Source: an uncultured virus (IMG/VR IMGVR_UViG_3300025889_000096)
Taxonomy: Duplodnaviria > Heunggongvirae > Uroviricota > Caudoviricetes
Length of the DNA: 20,000 nt
Direction: 5' to 3' (one strand)
Virus record (IMG/VR): IMGVR_UViG_3300025889_000096
Translations under genes and position numbers: made by a program
In this document: one piece after another, positions 1 to 7,403 of the stretch
Numbering within the stretch: position 1 is the stretch's first letter
How the letters are laid out: each line of letters starts with the position of its first letter
Notes under the pieces: generated by a model
Databases searched by the model: none
What the model saw: the letters and a program-made list of their open reading frames with translations, nothing else
Told to the model about the DNA's origin: nothing

Positions 1-56
1 ACTGCCATGCCAGAGGTATAATCAGAGAGGACGTTGTTGATGATAAACAGTTTCAT
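1..56 (-). CDS. hypothetical protein, partial (runs off window start), MKLFIINNVLSDYTSGMA...
   Basis: ATG at 54-56, just after the stop of 66..284; frame open to the window edge. Confidence 0.6.
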   Translation of the reverse strand, partial: MKLFIINNVLSDYTSGMA

Positions 57-65
57 GGTTTCAGG

Positions 66-284
66 TCAGTTAATGATTTTGTACTGCAGAGATTTGATAC
101 ACCAACCAGTGTTATTTGTGATTACATCTGCGAGACAATCTTCTCCATCAGGTGAATCCCACAGACAGTTTTTAGTCTCTTGAATGATCTCATCTTGCTC
201 TTCTTGAGTGAGATCTTCATAGTCGAAATCAAACTCAATATCAGTTACTTTGTAGTATTTCATGGTGGTTTCAGTGTTAGTCAT
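66..284 (-). CDS. small acidic hypothetical phage protein
   Basis: 72 aa ORF; ATG supplied by repeat R1; in-frame second Met at codon 8. Confidence 0.8.
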   Translation of the reverse strand: MTNTETTMKYYKVTDIEFDFDYEDLTQEEQDEIIQETKNCLWDSPDGEDCLADVITNNTGWCIKSLQYKIIN

Positions 285-319
285 ACTACTAGGACACTTT
301 GGAGGTGAGTAACTTTAAT
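282..319 (-). repeat. 38-bp element R1 (consensus copy)
   Basis: catactactaggacactttggaggtgagtaactttaat; contains TAA of 315..581 and ATG of 66..284. Confidence 0.98.
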
Positions 320-581
320 TCACACGAAAATAAGTGCCGTTCGCTTTATTCAGTGTGATAAGTTTCTCTTGAATGTCATTCAGTCCCTCTTCATCAAGTT
401 CATCAACTGCTTCACATTCAGTCCAATCATCTAACCGAACCGCACCAGATTCACTGATGGGAGTATAGTACAGTGTGCCTTCATCATCAATCGAGTAAGC
501 ACAACCGTGACCTTCACAAGTGTAGATAATCATCTCGGTGGTTTCAGTCATTTTTGCTGTAGGATTGGGGAGGGAAATCAT
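315..581 (-). CDS. acidic hypothetical phage protein
   Basis: 88 aa ORF; stop inside R1; ATGA overlap with upstream ORF. Confidence 0.8.
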   Translation of the reverse strand: MISLPNPTAKMTETTEMIIYTCEGHGCAYSIDDEGTLYYTPISESGAVRLDDWTECEAVDELDEEGLNDIQEKLITLNKANGTYFRVN

Positions 582-799
582 TGAACAATAGTATTCACAT
601 TGGGGTCAAAAGTAACCTCAGTGATGACATCAAAATCTTCAGTCATCTTGACATAATTCCAGAGAGTGTCAGTCTCATCCTCCACATTTTCTTGATAAAG
701 GTGAATGAAACCGTCACTGTCTTGTTTTACATAGCAACCATCATAATTCTCATCATCAAAGACATAACCAGCGGCAATCAGTGCGTCAGTGAAAGTCAT
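578..799 (-). CDS. acidic hypothetical phage protein
   Basis: 73 aa ORF with 4-nt overlaps at both ends. Confidence 0.8.
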   Translation of the reverse strand: MTFTDALIAAGYVFDDENYDGCYVKQDSDGFIHLYQENVEDETDTLWNYVKMTEDFDVITEVTFDPNVNTIVQ

Positions 800-936
800 T
801 TTGCGTTGCAGTAGTTAGGGTTTGCTTGGCAGAACAATTCTGCCTGTTGTTCTTGATACTCATTGGTGCTTGCATGTGCAATCAAACCAACGCGAAGTCC
901 TAGTGCTAGAGTAGCAATTAGAAAAGCAATTCGCAT
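796..936 (-). CDS. 46 aa protein with signal-peptide/TM-like N-terminus (MRIAFLIATLALGLRVGLIAHAS...FCQANPNYCNAK)
   Basis: read manually, below the ORF-track cutoff; fills the gap exactly with stop/start overlaps. Confidence 0.7.
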   Translation of the reverse strand: MRIAFLIATLALGLRVGLIAHASTNEYQEQQAELFCQANPNYCNAK

Positions 937-1106
937 CAGACTTCATCCTGCATTTCGGAGAGTTTGTTATAGAGTGCATCGACATCTGTGCCGACAAGTT
1001 CATTCAATTCTTGTGCAGATTCTTCATCAACGAATGAATCTGTGTGAAACTCGATGAACTTGAGAAGTGCATCAATCTCCTCAAAAGTGAGAGTGGTTTG
1101 TGTCAT
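936..1106 (-). CDS. 56 aa acidic hypothetical protein (MTQTTLTFEEIDALL...)
   Basis: read manually; TGATG coupling to the next gene. Confidence 0.7.
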   Translation of the reverse strand: MTQTTLTFEEIDALLKFIEFHTDSFVDEESAQELNELVGTDVDALYNKLSEMQDEV

Positions 1107-1108
1107 AA

Positions 1109-1279
1109 TCAGTCAACAACAGAGTAACAAGCAACCCAGGAAGGAATCCCGCCTAGTTGTAAAGAACCGTTGCGGGAATCACAATAGTCTTGGGCATCAT
1201 CTTCGGAGTAGAAAGGTCCAATATACTCAGGAGAATTGAGAGAATTGGAATCGAATCGGACGGTGAAGGTGTTAATCAT
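1109..1279 (-). CDS. 56 aa hypothetical protein (MINTFTVRFDSN...)
   Basis: read manually; its only Met is the ATG in repeat R2. Confidence 0.7.
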   Translation of the reverse strand: MINTFTVRFDSNSLNSPEYIGPFYSEDDAQDYCDSRNGSLQLGGIPSWVACYSVVD

Positions 1280-1314
1280 ACTACTAGGACACTTTGGAGG
1301 TGAGTAACTTTAAT
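1277..1314 (-). repeat. 38-bp element R2 (identical to R1)
   Basis: exact copy; contains TAA of 1310..1501 and ATG of 1109..1279. Confidence 0.98.
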
Positions 1315-1501
1315 CCCAGATAACTTGTGCCTCCTTGATGTTAGAATCAAAGAACTTTTGAAAGATAGAATCAATCACAGGATACCATTCTTCGTTAGCA
1401 CTGGGATACCCACATTCTCGTGCTTGATTGAGAAACTTAAGGATGCAAGTTTCCTCATTAGCAGTGAACTCAACACGATTGAAAGTGTAACCGTCAGTCA
1501 T
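1310..1501 (-). CDS. hypothetical protein
   Basis: 63 aa ORF; stop inside R2. Confidence 0.75.
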   Translation of the reverse strand: MTDGYTFNRVEFTANEETCILKFLNQARECGYPSANEEWYPVIDSIFQKFFDSNIKEAQVIWD

Positions 1502-1673
1502 AATAAGTGTTAGTGTTTCCGTAGTTTAGATAATACCAGAACAAGTTTCTCATTCTTTCTCCATTAGGATATCCATCAAGATGGTTCCACATATGATTTC
1601 TCCAAGAATACACACAATACTCAAAGAGATGAATAGAAGTCCAGATATTCCATTTCTTCCAGGTGTCAGTCAT
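1494..1673 (-). CDS. 59 aa Trp/Tyr-rich hypothetical protein (MTDTWKKWNIW...)
   Basis: read manually; 8-nt overlaps with both neighbours. Confidence 0.65.
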   Translation of the reverse strand: MTDTWKKWNIWTSIHLFEYCVYSWRNHMWNHLDGYPNGERMRNLFWYYLNYGNTNTYYD

Positions 1674-1977
1674 TTGCCTCCAGTTTACCGATAAGAGTTT
1701 TCAATTCAGCAATCGTGTTACGGTTCCACAGGTTACGATTTCGTTTCACAGCAATAGTGTACTCGTCTTCTGGGTCATCATACCACAGTTTGTTCTGCCA
1801 TTCCTCATCAAGAGTAGGATCCAAACACTCAAGATCACCAAGAAGTTCAAAGATTTCATCGGCAATAAGTTCTTCATCAATTTTATTCATTATCGATTGC
1901 TTGACTTGAAGATGATTTCTTCGAAGAACATCATAAAGATGACGGAGTTCTTCTCTGGTAAATGTGATTTCAATCAT
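1666..1977 (-). CDS. hypothetical protein
   Basis: 103 aa ORF, coupled to neighbours. Confidence 0.75.
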   Translation of the reverse strand: MIEITFTREELRHLYDVLRRNHLQVKQSIMNKIDEELIADEIFELLGDLECLDPTLDEEWQNKLWYDDPEDEYTIAVKRNRNLWNRNTIAELKTLIGKLEAND

Positions 1978-2228
1978 TTTAGTTCCTCTTCAATCCTTTC
2001 AATCTCAAAGACTTCGTTTAGAAACTCCAAACCATACTTACCAACAACCCAAGCATCTTTATCCTCAAAGAACCTATTACCTATGGTTCTCATATCGTAT
2101 CCCTCTTTGTTTTTATCAAAGAAAGCAACGACACAACAAGTTTCACCATGAGTTTGAGGATACCACTTGACAAGTTCATACTTGTTGTTACATTTGCTCC
2201 AACGGAACTCTATGTTACGGAACCTCAT
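1974..2228 (-). CDS. hypothetical phage protein
   Basis: 84 aa ORF with ATGA overlap. Confidence 0.75.
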   Translation of the reverse strand: MRFRNIEFRWSKCNNKYELVKWYPQTHGETCCVVAFFDKNKEGYDMRTIGNRFFEDKDAWVVGKYGLEFLNEVFEIERIEEELK

Positions 2229-2317
2229 TCTTCTACTCCATATTCAGTGGTAATACTATCAATCACATAATCTCCGCAAGCAATCAGAAGATTAGCAGTT
2301 ACCAACAAACTTCATAA

Positions 2318-2566
2318 TCAGTAGTGTGCCTCAGAGGTGTCAAGAACTTCGCTGTACTTAGCGATACCATCATAGCAACGCTTTGCCATTTCAGAGTCAC
2401 CGTCAGCGATGTAACCTTTCAGAAACTCAAAGCAGTATTTGATACGCTGCTCAGGAGTAACTTTAGCGAGTTGTTGTTGCTTACGCTCGTAAGCGGCGTT
2501 GTAGGCAAACATCTCACGATCTTCGAGGGAGATGTTGTGAAACTTGCGGTTGGTAGTGTTGCTCAT
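2318..2566 (-). CDS. hypothetical protein
   Basis: 82 aa ORF; ATG supplied by R3. Confidence 0.75.
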   Translation of the reverse strand: MSNTTNRKFHNISLEDREMFAYNAAYERKQQQLAKVTPEQRIKYCFEFLKGYIADGDSEMAKRCYDGIAKYSEVLDTSEAHY

Positions 2567-2601
2567 ACTACTGGGACACTTTGGAGGTGAGTAACTTTAA
2601 T
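2564..2601 (-). repeat. 38-bp element R3 (1 mismatch)
   Basis: catactactgggacactttggaggtgagtaactttaat; contains TAA of 2597..2908 and ATG of 2318..2566. Confidence 0.98.
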
Positions 2602-2908
2602 CCTGCGAACCATACCAGACAAGAAACCCAAGGATTGCAGCGGCAGGCACAACAATCCACCAGTATTCTACAATCAACCAAATACCAAACAGAATTGCAC
2701 CTAGGATAAGATAACCACTAACATCACCACCAGAAGATGAATATGAACCACCAGATCTTACCTTTCTCAAGTTGATAATCTGTTCTGCTCCATAGATTCT
2801 CTCAAACTGCTCTTTTGCACCATTAAGTGTGTTGGATTGAACTTCCAGTTCTTGATAACCAGAGGAAGAACCTAACCAACACTTTGCACGATAAGTTGCC
2901 ATTACCAA
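2597..2908 (-). CDS. membrane protein (soluble N-terminus, Gly/Ser linker, two C-terminal hydrophobic helices)
   Basis: YLILGAILFGIWLIV and WWIVVPAAAILGFLVWY; stop inside R3; real start probably 2902. Confidence 0.8.
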   Translation of the reverse strand: MVMATYRAKCWLGSSSGYQELEVQSNTLNGAKEQFERIYGAEQIINLRKVRSGGSYSSSGGDVSGYLILGAILFGIWLIVEYWWIVVPAAAILGFLVWYGSQD

Positions 2909-3165
2909 GTTCCTCTTTGGATGTGGATTTTGCGAATCTCCTGATAAAGGAACTGACGAAGTTTAGGTTCGGTAGTGTTATCAAAAGCATAATAAAGACG
3001 ATTCAAATACTCATCTTGTGTCGCACATTTGACGACTTCAGCATCAGTCACACCAAGTTCATTGAGTGTAGAACCTGCCTTAACTTTTGGTTTGCCCCAA
3101 TTTCCAGTTATGCGACCTTCAGTACGAAGTTTGGGACGAATCTTTGAGAGGTTAGAGTAAGTCAT
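2902..3165 (-). CDS. basic hypothetical phage protein
   Basis: 87 aa ORF, coupled. Confidence 0.8.
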   Translation of the reverse strand: MTYSNLSKIRPKLRTEGRITGNWGKPKVKAGSTLNELGVTDAEVVKCATQDEYLNRLYYAFDNTTEPKLRQFLYQEIRKIHIQRGTW

Positions 3166-3401
3166 CGTGCTACAATGTCAAGAGTTTCCAACAGCATCAT
3201 AGAAAGTTCCATCTGGTTCTCATCATCAACCACAGGAATGTTCGTCTCTACAAACTCACTAATCAGTTGGGCAAAGAGTTCAGTTGTGCGTTCATCTGCG
3301 AATAGAGCAGTGGCAAGTTCATTCTTGAACCCATCACGCAGAAGTTTGAGAGACTTTGTGACAGTCAGTTCGTTGATAGTTTCAGTCATTGTGTTGCTCA
3401 T
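3162..3401 (-). CDS. acidic hypothetical protein
   Basis: 79 aa ORF with ATGA overlaps. Confidence 0.8.
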   Translation of the reverse strand: MSNTMTETINELTVTKSLKLLRDGFKNELATALFADERTTELFAQLISEFVETNIPVVDDENQMELSMMLLETLDIVAR

Positions 3402-3832
3402 TTTGCGTACAAATATGAACCGCTCCAGTCTGCGTTCTCCAGCAGATACTCACGATCTTGAATCAATCGCAGGTCATAACGAACACCTTTGGCAGGAGAT
3501 TTCCAACTGGAACTCTTGTAGATTTCACCAGTGTTCTTATCAATGAAGCAGTGAACAGAACGATGTCCACCACCATCAACAAAGATGACTTTGTGATACT
3601 TTTTACCAGTTTCTACTTGATAATCAATGTCACACTTGCCAGACTTGAGTTCATCAATCTTCTGCTGATGATACCCAGGAGTTGCATCAAATCGCTCAAC
3701 AGAACGCTGATGCCCACGAATAGAATACTGGCGATAGTTGTCTTTCAGTGCTTCAATCAGCAGCAGAGTGTTCTTATACACGTTCTCTGCGATAGTTTGT
3801 TGCGCTTGTGCTTGCATTGTGGTTGTGATCAT
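3398..3832 (-). CDS. conserved hypothetical phage protein (KKYHKV...SVHCFIDKNTGEIYK..SWKSPAKGVRY type)
   Basis: 144 aa; motif pattern recalled from T4-like cyanophage hypotheticals; ATG supplied by R4. Confidence 0.85.
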   Translation of the reverse strand: MITTTMQAQAQQTIAENVYKNTLLLIEALKDNYRQYSIRGHQRSVERFDATPGYHQQKIDELKSGKCDIDYQVETGKKYHKVIFVDGGGHRSVHCFIDKNTGEIYKSSSWKSPAKGVRYDLRLIQDREYLLENADWSGSYLYAK

Positions 3833-3867
3833 ACTACTAGGACACTTTGGAGGTGAGTAACTTTAAT
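3830..3867 (-). repeat. 38-bp element R4 (identical to R1)
   Basis: exact copy; TGA of 3867..4787 overlaps its first base. Confidence 0.98.
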
Positions 3868-4787
3868 CAACTCCAATTCTTGGGCAGAACGAAGTTGTTG
3901 TGAGAGAATACTTCGCGGTCAATGACTTTGAAAGACCCAAACTTGTTGTGAATGACGAAACCTTCGTGGAAGGAATCTTCACCATTGATAGAACACTCAA
4001 TGTTGTCCAGTTCGTGAATAAACAGGAACAAATCTTCTTTGATAGACTTCACCAACTTCCACAAACGCAGCAGGTTGATGTCACAATCACATTTTTCTGC
4101 GATTTCATTTTCACAGATGACCCGTTGCTCCCTGATGCAGGAGTTAATCTCTTTTTTGATTTCTGATGCCTTGCGGTCAGTCACAAACTCACATAGAGTG
4201 CTCATTTGCTTGGCAAACTTACACACATCCTCCAAATCTTCACGATAAGGATTCAGTTCAACCTCAGGTTGAACAAACAGAACAGTCTTGGTGCTCGCAA
4301 ACTTGCTGGTGATAGGGTGTGCTATCATCTCTGGCAGTTTATCACCAGTGTAGTAAGTGTGAGGACAAATGATAATCTCCTGACGCACAATCTCAGGGAA
4401 CCTGTAGGTAATGGTGTTGGGTTTGAATGTATCCAACCCTTTACCAAAACCAATCCAATCTCCCTGATACACTCGTTTAGTGCGAGGCAAAAACTCCAGG
4501 CAATAGATGAGGATTTGGGTTACGCGAGGTTGTCCACCAAAGTGCGTAAAAATGTCATCTTCGGTGTAGCAAAGGCGAATCTTTTTCTTGTTAAATGCTG
4601 CTTTCGTGCAGACAAAAAACTTACCATTCTCAGGATTTGTACCCCAAACAATAGCAGGAGCACCATCCATCTTGACACTGATGGTAGATTCTACCTCGTG
4701 AAACCAATCCAGAACCGACAGATTGCCCGTCAGAATCTCATCTTCAGGATGCTCTAGGTGCTTGTTTTGCATTGGTTGCCTTGTCAT
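3867..4787 (-). CDS. ATP-dependent ligase/nucleotidyltransferase-fold protein (DUF6267-like)
   Basis: HLEHPED, motif I-like KMDG, motif IV-like EGFVI, motif V-like FKVID; ATG supplied by R5. Confidence 0.7.
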   Translation of the reverse strand: MTRQPMQNKHLEHPEDEILTGNLSVLDWFHEVESTISVKMDGAPAIVWGTNPENGKFFVCTKAAFNKKKIRLCYTEDDIFTHFGGQPRVTQILIYCLEFLPRTKRVYQGDWIGFGKGLDTFKPNTITYRFPEIVRQEIIICPHTYYTGDKLPEMIAHPITSKFASTKTVLFVQPEVELNPYREDLEDVCKFAKQMSTLCEFVTDRKASEIKKEINSCIREQRVICENEIAEKCDCDINLLRLWKLVKSIKEDLFLFIHELDNIECSINGEDSFHEGFVIHNKFGSFKVIDREVFSHNNFVLPKNWS

Positions 4788-4822
4788 ACTACTAGGACAC
4801 TTTGGAGGTGAGTAACTTTAAT
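4785..4822 (-). repeat. 38-bp element R5 (identical to R1)
   Basis: exact copy; preceded on the minus strand by an intrinsic terminator. Confidence 0.98.
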
Positions 4823-4828
4823 TGCGAC

Positions 4829-4854
4829 AAAAAAAGAGAGGGATAAACCCTCTC
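4829..4854 (-). terminator. rho-independent terminator
   Basis: minus strand GAGAGGG-TTTAT-CCCTCTC followed by T7, just after the stop of 4859..5149. Confidence 0.9.
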
Positions 4855-4858
4855 ACAT

Positions 4859-5149
4859 TCACTCAACAACTTGATCGTAAGAGTTTTTGACTTTATCAAC
4901 CAGTGCAGTGCGTTGTTCAGCAGTCAGTAGATTGTTGCGGGTGAAGTTAATAAATGCCACAAGTCCAATGAGTTGAAGAACACCATTGAACACGGGGATT
5001 GCATCAACAACTGCAACAACTTCGTGAATAAGAAGTTGTGAAACAATCACGACAAACAGAATAGCAGTTGTGAGACCAACATTCTTGAGAAGTTCGTTAG
5101 AAACATTCTCATTCACGAAGTTCTTAACCTGTGCGATTTTCTCTTGCAT
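4859..5149 (-). CDS. CAAD-domain (CurT/CURVATURE THYLAKOID1-like) membrane protein
   Basis: two hydrophobic helices and the pattern VVDAIPVFNGVLQLIGL...NLLTAEQRTAL, matching the CAAD consensus (ID.iPll..llel.G....L....R..l). Confidence 0.75.
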   Translation of the reverse strand: MQEKIAQVKNFVNENVSNELLKNVGLTTAILFVVIVSQLLIHEVVAVVDAIPVFNGVLQLIGLVAFINFTRNNLLTAEQRTALVDKVKNSYDQVVE

Positions 5150-5163
5150 TTGTGATAGATTGT

Positions 5164-5178
5164 GGAGCGGTGCGCTCC
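5164..5178 (-). promoter_or_regulatory. GC-rich 5'-leader hairpin just downstream of R6
   Basis: GGAGCG-CAC-CGCTCC, perfect 6-bp stem. Confidence 0.6.
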
Positions 5179-5179
5179 T

Positions 5180-5217
5180 TACATTACTGGGACACTTTGG
5201 AGGTGAGTAACTTTAAT
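5180..5217 (-). repeat. 38-bp element R6 (variant ending CAGTAATGTA)
   Basis: tacattactgggacactttggaggtgagtaactttaat; contains TAA of the MTase gene. Confidence 0.97.
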
Positions 5218-6106
5218 TCATTGAAGATATGATAGGATTTGCCTCATCTTCCACGATTACAGTTTCTTCACATCGCTTCGTGGCAATGTCAACATAATGC
5301 TGAGACAAATCAATACCAACAAAATCCCGCCCAAGACAATGTGCTGCTACACCAGTGCTACCACTACCACAAAAAGGATCGAGAACAGTAGAACCAACTG
5401 GAGAATAGACTTTAATCAGATATGCCATCAAATCCACGGGTTTGACTGTAGGATGATCGTTGTCAGTTCCCTTCTCTTTGCGTGTGGCACGAGGAGCATA
5501 GAAATACTTTTGATGTTCTGAGTGTACCTCACCGATAATGTTGGAAGGATAGCGACCAGCAGGATTTGCGTCTACTGTACCATACTCTTTGCCACTACCA
5601 GTTGTATTACCATCTCGACCAAATGTACGACGCTTGGTACCTTGGGCAACCCAACCTTTAGGAGGTTTCTTGTCCCAAGGTACGCGGGTGTTCTCTGTAT
5701 CAATGAGACCACATCCCCACTCTTCAAAGTTACTTTGAAGAGATCCCTTGTATGGTTTTTGTGCCACTACAATGGGTTCGTGTGCTGGTTTCAACCGATT
5801 AAACTTCGGCATTTTGGTTGTAGTCATCCACATAATCTGGTCTTTGATTGTGAACCCAGCATCCTCAACATTACATGCCAGACGATGATACAATTCTGGG
5901 GAACAGAAAGCAAGACAAAAGGCACCTGGGCGAAGAGTACGAAACACCTCACGCCAAATGTCTACACTAGGAACAGAATGATCCCAATGATCCATACCCA
6001 TTCCATAAGGAGGATCACTTATACATGAATGGAAAGTATTATCATCATGAGTGGATAGAATCTCTTGACAATCTCCAGTTAGAACTTGATAATCATTGGA
6101 ACTCAT
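5213..6106 (-). CDS. DNA amino-methyltransferase (N6-adenine or N4-cytosine), beta class
   Basis: catalytic DPPY near the N-terminus; HPTVKP and SAM-binding VLDPFCGSGSTG near the C-terminus. Confidence 0.93.
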   Translation of the reverse strand: MSSNDYQVLTGDCQEILSTHDDNTFHSCISDPPYGMGMDHWDHSVPSVDIWREVFRTLRPGAFCLAFCSPELYHRLACNVEDAGFTIKDQIMWMTTTKMPKFNRLKPAHEPIVVAQKPYKGSLQSNFEEWGCGLIDTENTRVPWDKKPPKGWVAQGTKRRTFGRDGNTTGSGKEYGTVDANPAGRYPSNIIGEVHSEHQKYFYAPRATRKEKGTDNDHPTVKPVDLMAYLIKVYSPVGSTVLDPFCGSGSTGVAAHCLGRDFVGIDLSQHYVDIATKRCEETVIVEDEANPIISSMN

Positions 6107-7352
6107 TATACTTCTCTTTGCCGTTTGCCTGTGCCAACCATTTTACATCAATCGGTTTGATTTGTCCAGCACGGTAAGAATCAGCAACCTTACAGCAGTG
6201 GTTGATGTAGACTTTGCGCTCACTTTCCATCATTACACGTTGAGAGACGATATTGATTTCAGTTGGTTGAATATCAACACCTTGACCCTGTTCCAGGAAG
6301 TAATATGCTTTCATATCAACTTCAGGGTTCTCAAGTTGATGCTCAAACATCCAGAACAACTTACGATAGTGGTCAGACTTACGACCCCATCCCATAATGA
6401 AGTCATGGTCATTCATCTCAACGCCATAGTTTTCGGTGAGATGTTTACGTGCTTTAGTGATGTCGTAAGGTTCAATAGAGAGTTTGATACCTTCTTCAGC
6501 AAGGATTTCAGCAACAAAGTTGCGACGGTCTTTCTTGCGAGTTTCTTTGTATCGAGTGGAAAGAATCTCAAAGACTGCATCTTCAGTCTTCTCAATTTCA
6601 CCGTATTTGAAACCAAGTCTAATGATATGTTTCACATCATTAGGAGTGCAATCATTCTTCTTTTCCTTGTTTGGATTGTTTGCCATCGCACCAAACTGAA
6701 GCAGAGAGTATTCACTTTCACCCTCAATCAGAGCACAAGGGAAGTAATTCCAGGGAAGTTCAAAGCGATTGTTACCATCACGGACAATATACTTGTAGAC
6801 ATTACCCTGATATTCAACGGGAGGATTCAACTCAGACACAGCAGGTTGATAGCAGTGATAATCATAACCACCACTCAAGATGCTATCACGAATCTCATTT
6901 TGTGTGCCCTTAAACAGTGCTTGGTCAACACGAGTTTGGCAAGGAATATCAAGTTCACGCGCAATCGTGTGCGACATGACCTCATTTTTGTTAGCAATCA
7001 TCCATTGCTTGAAAGTGATTCCAGGAGCAGATGTGGTCTTAGTTTTATCATCCCACATCAAGATGCGACCGTGACGTTCAAGCATCTCAAGAGAAAAGAT
7101 ATTCTGTTCCGAATCAATAACAGAAGAAGGATTCAGAAAGTAAGTGCCGTTATAATCAACAAAAGTCAAAACATCATCATCCCGAAGTTCTTGAACATCA
7201 CGAAGTACACCAGCAGTAGGAACTTCCAGGTGACTGTAAATCGTGGAGGAAATGTTAGAAAGAAGTTGATAAATGTCTTGGACGTGGAATGCAACTTCAG
7301 AATCGTAGTTTTCTTTCAGAAGGTCAAGGAGTTGGGTTTTGGTGGTGCTCAT
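6093..7352 (-). CDS. 419 aa protein with N-terminal DpnI-like winged helix and central ParB/Srx-like domain
   Basis: FHVQDIYQ...VLRDVQELRDDDVLTFVDYNGTY resembles the DpnI C-terminal winged helix; YIVRDGNNRF resembles the ParB/Srx (I/V)xDGxxR motif; overlaps the MTase start by 14 nt. Confidence 0.55.
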   Translation of the reverse strand: MSTTKTQLLDLLKENYDSEVAFHVQDIYQLLSNISSTIYSHLEVPTAGVLRDVQELRDDDVLTFVDYNGTYFLNPSSVIDSEQNIFSLEMLERHGRILMWDDKTKTTSAPGITFKQWMIANKNEVMSHTIARELDIPCQTRVDQALFKGTQNEIRDSILSGGYDYHCYQPAVSELNPPVEYQGNVYKYIVRDGNNRFELPWNYFPCALIEGESEYSLLQFGAMANNPNKEKKNDCTPNDVKHIIRLGFKYGEIEKTEDAVFEILSTRYKETRKKDRRNFVAEILAEEGIKLSIEPYDITKARKHLTENYGVEMNDHDFIMGWGRKSDHYRKLFWMFEHQLENPEVDMKAYYFLEQGQGVDIQPTEINIVSQRVMMESERKVYINHCCKVADSYRAGQIKPIDVKWLAQANGKEKYNEFQ

Positions 7353-7403
7353 GATTAAAGTGATTGTTTGGTTAGTTTAGTTTAGCAGGATTGGGAGATA
7401 TTA

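Noticed and set aside
305..317. Resemblance of TAAAGTTACTCAC to the T7 promoter (TAATACGACTCAC)
   Set aside because: The match is partial (9/13), the TATAG initiation region does not follow, and no single-subunit RNA polymerase is evident.
2225..2317. Possible tiny ORF or gene remnant (LLVTANLLIACGDYVIDSITTEYGVEE)
   Set aside because: It has only a TTG start and under 30 codons, which cannot be supported without homologues.
6096..7358. 420-aa plus-strand ORF, and other plus-strand ORFs such as 8486..9571, 4206..4757 and 5522..6028
   Set aside because: These are antisense shadows of motif-bearing minus-strand genes, with no recognisable motifs or expression signals of their own.
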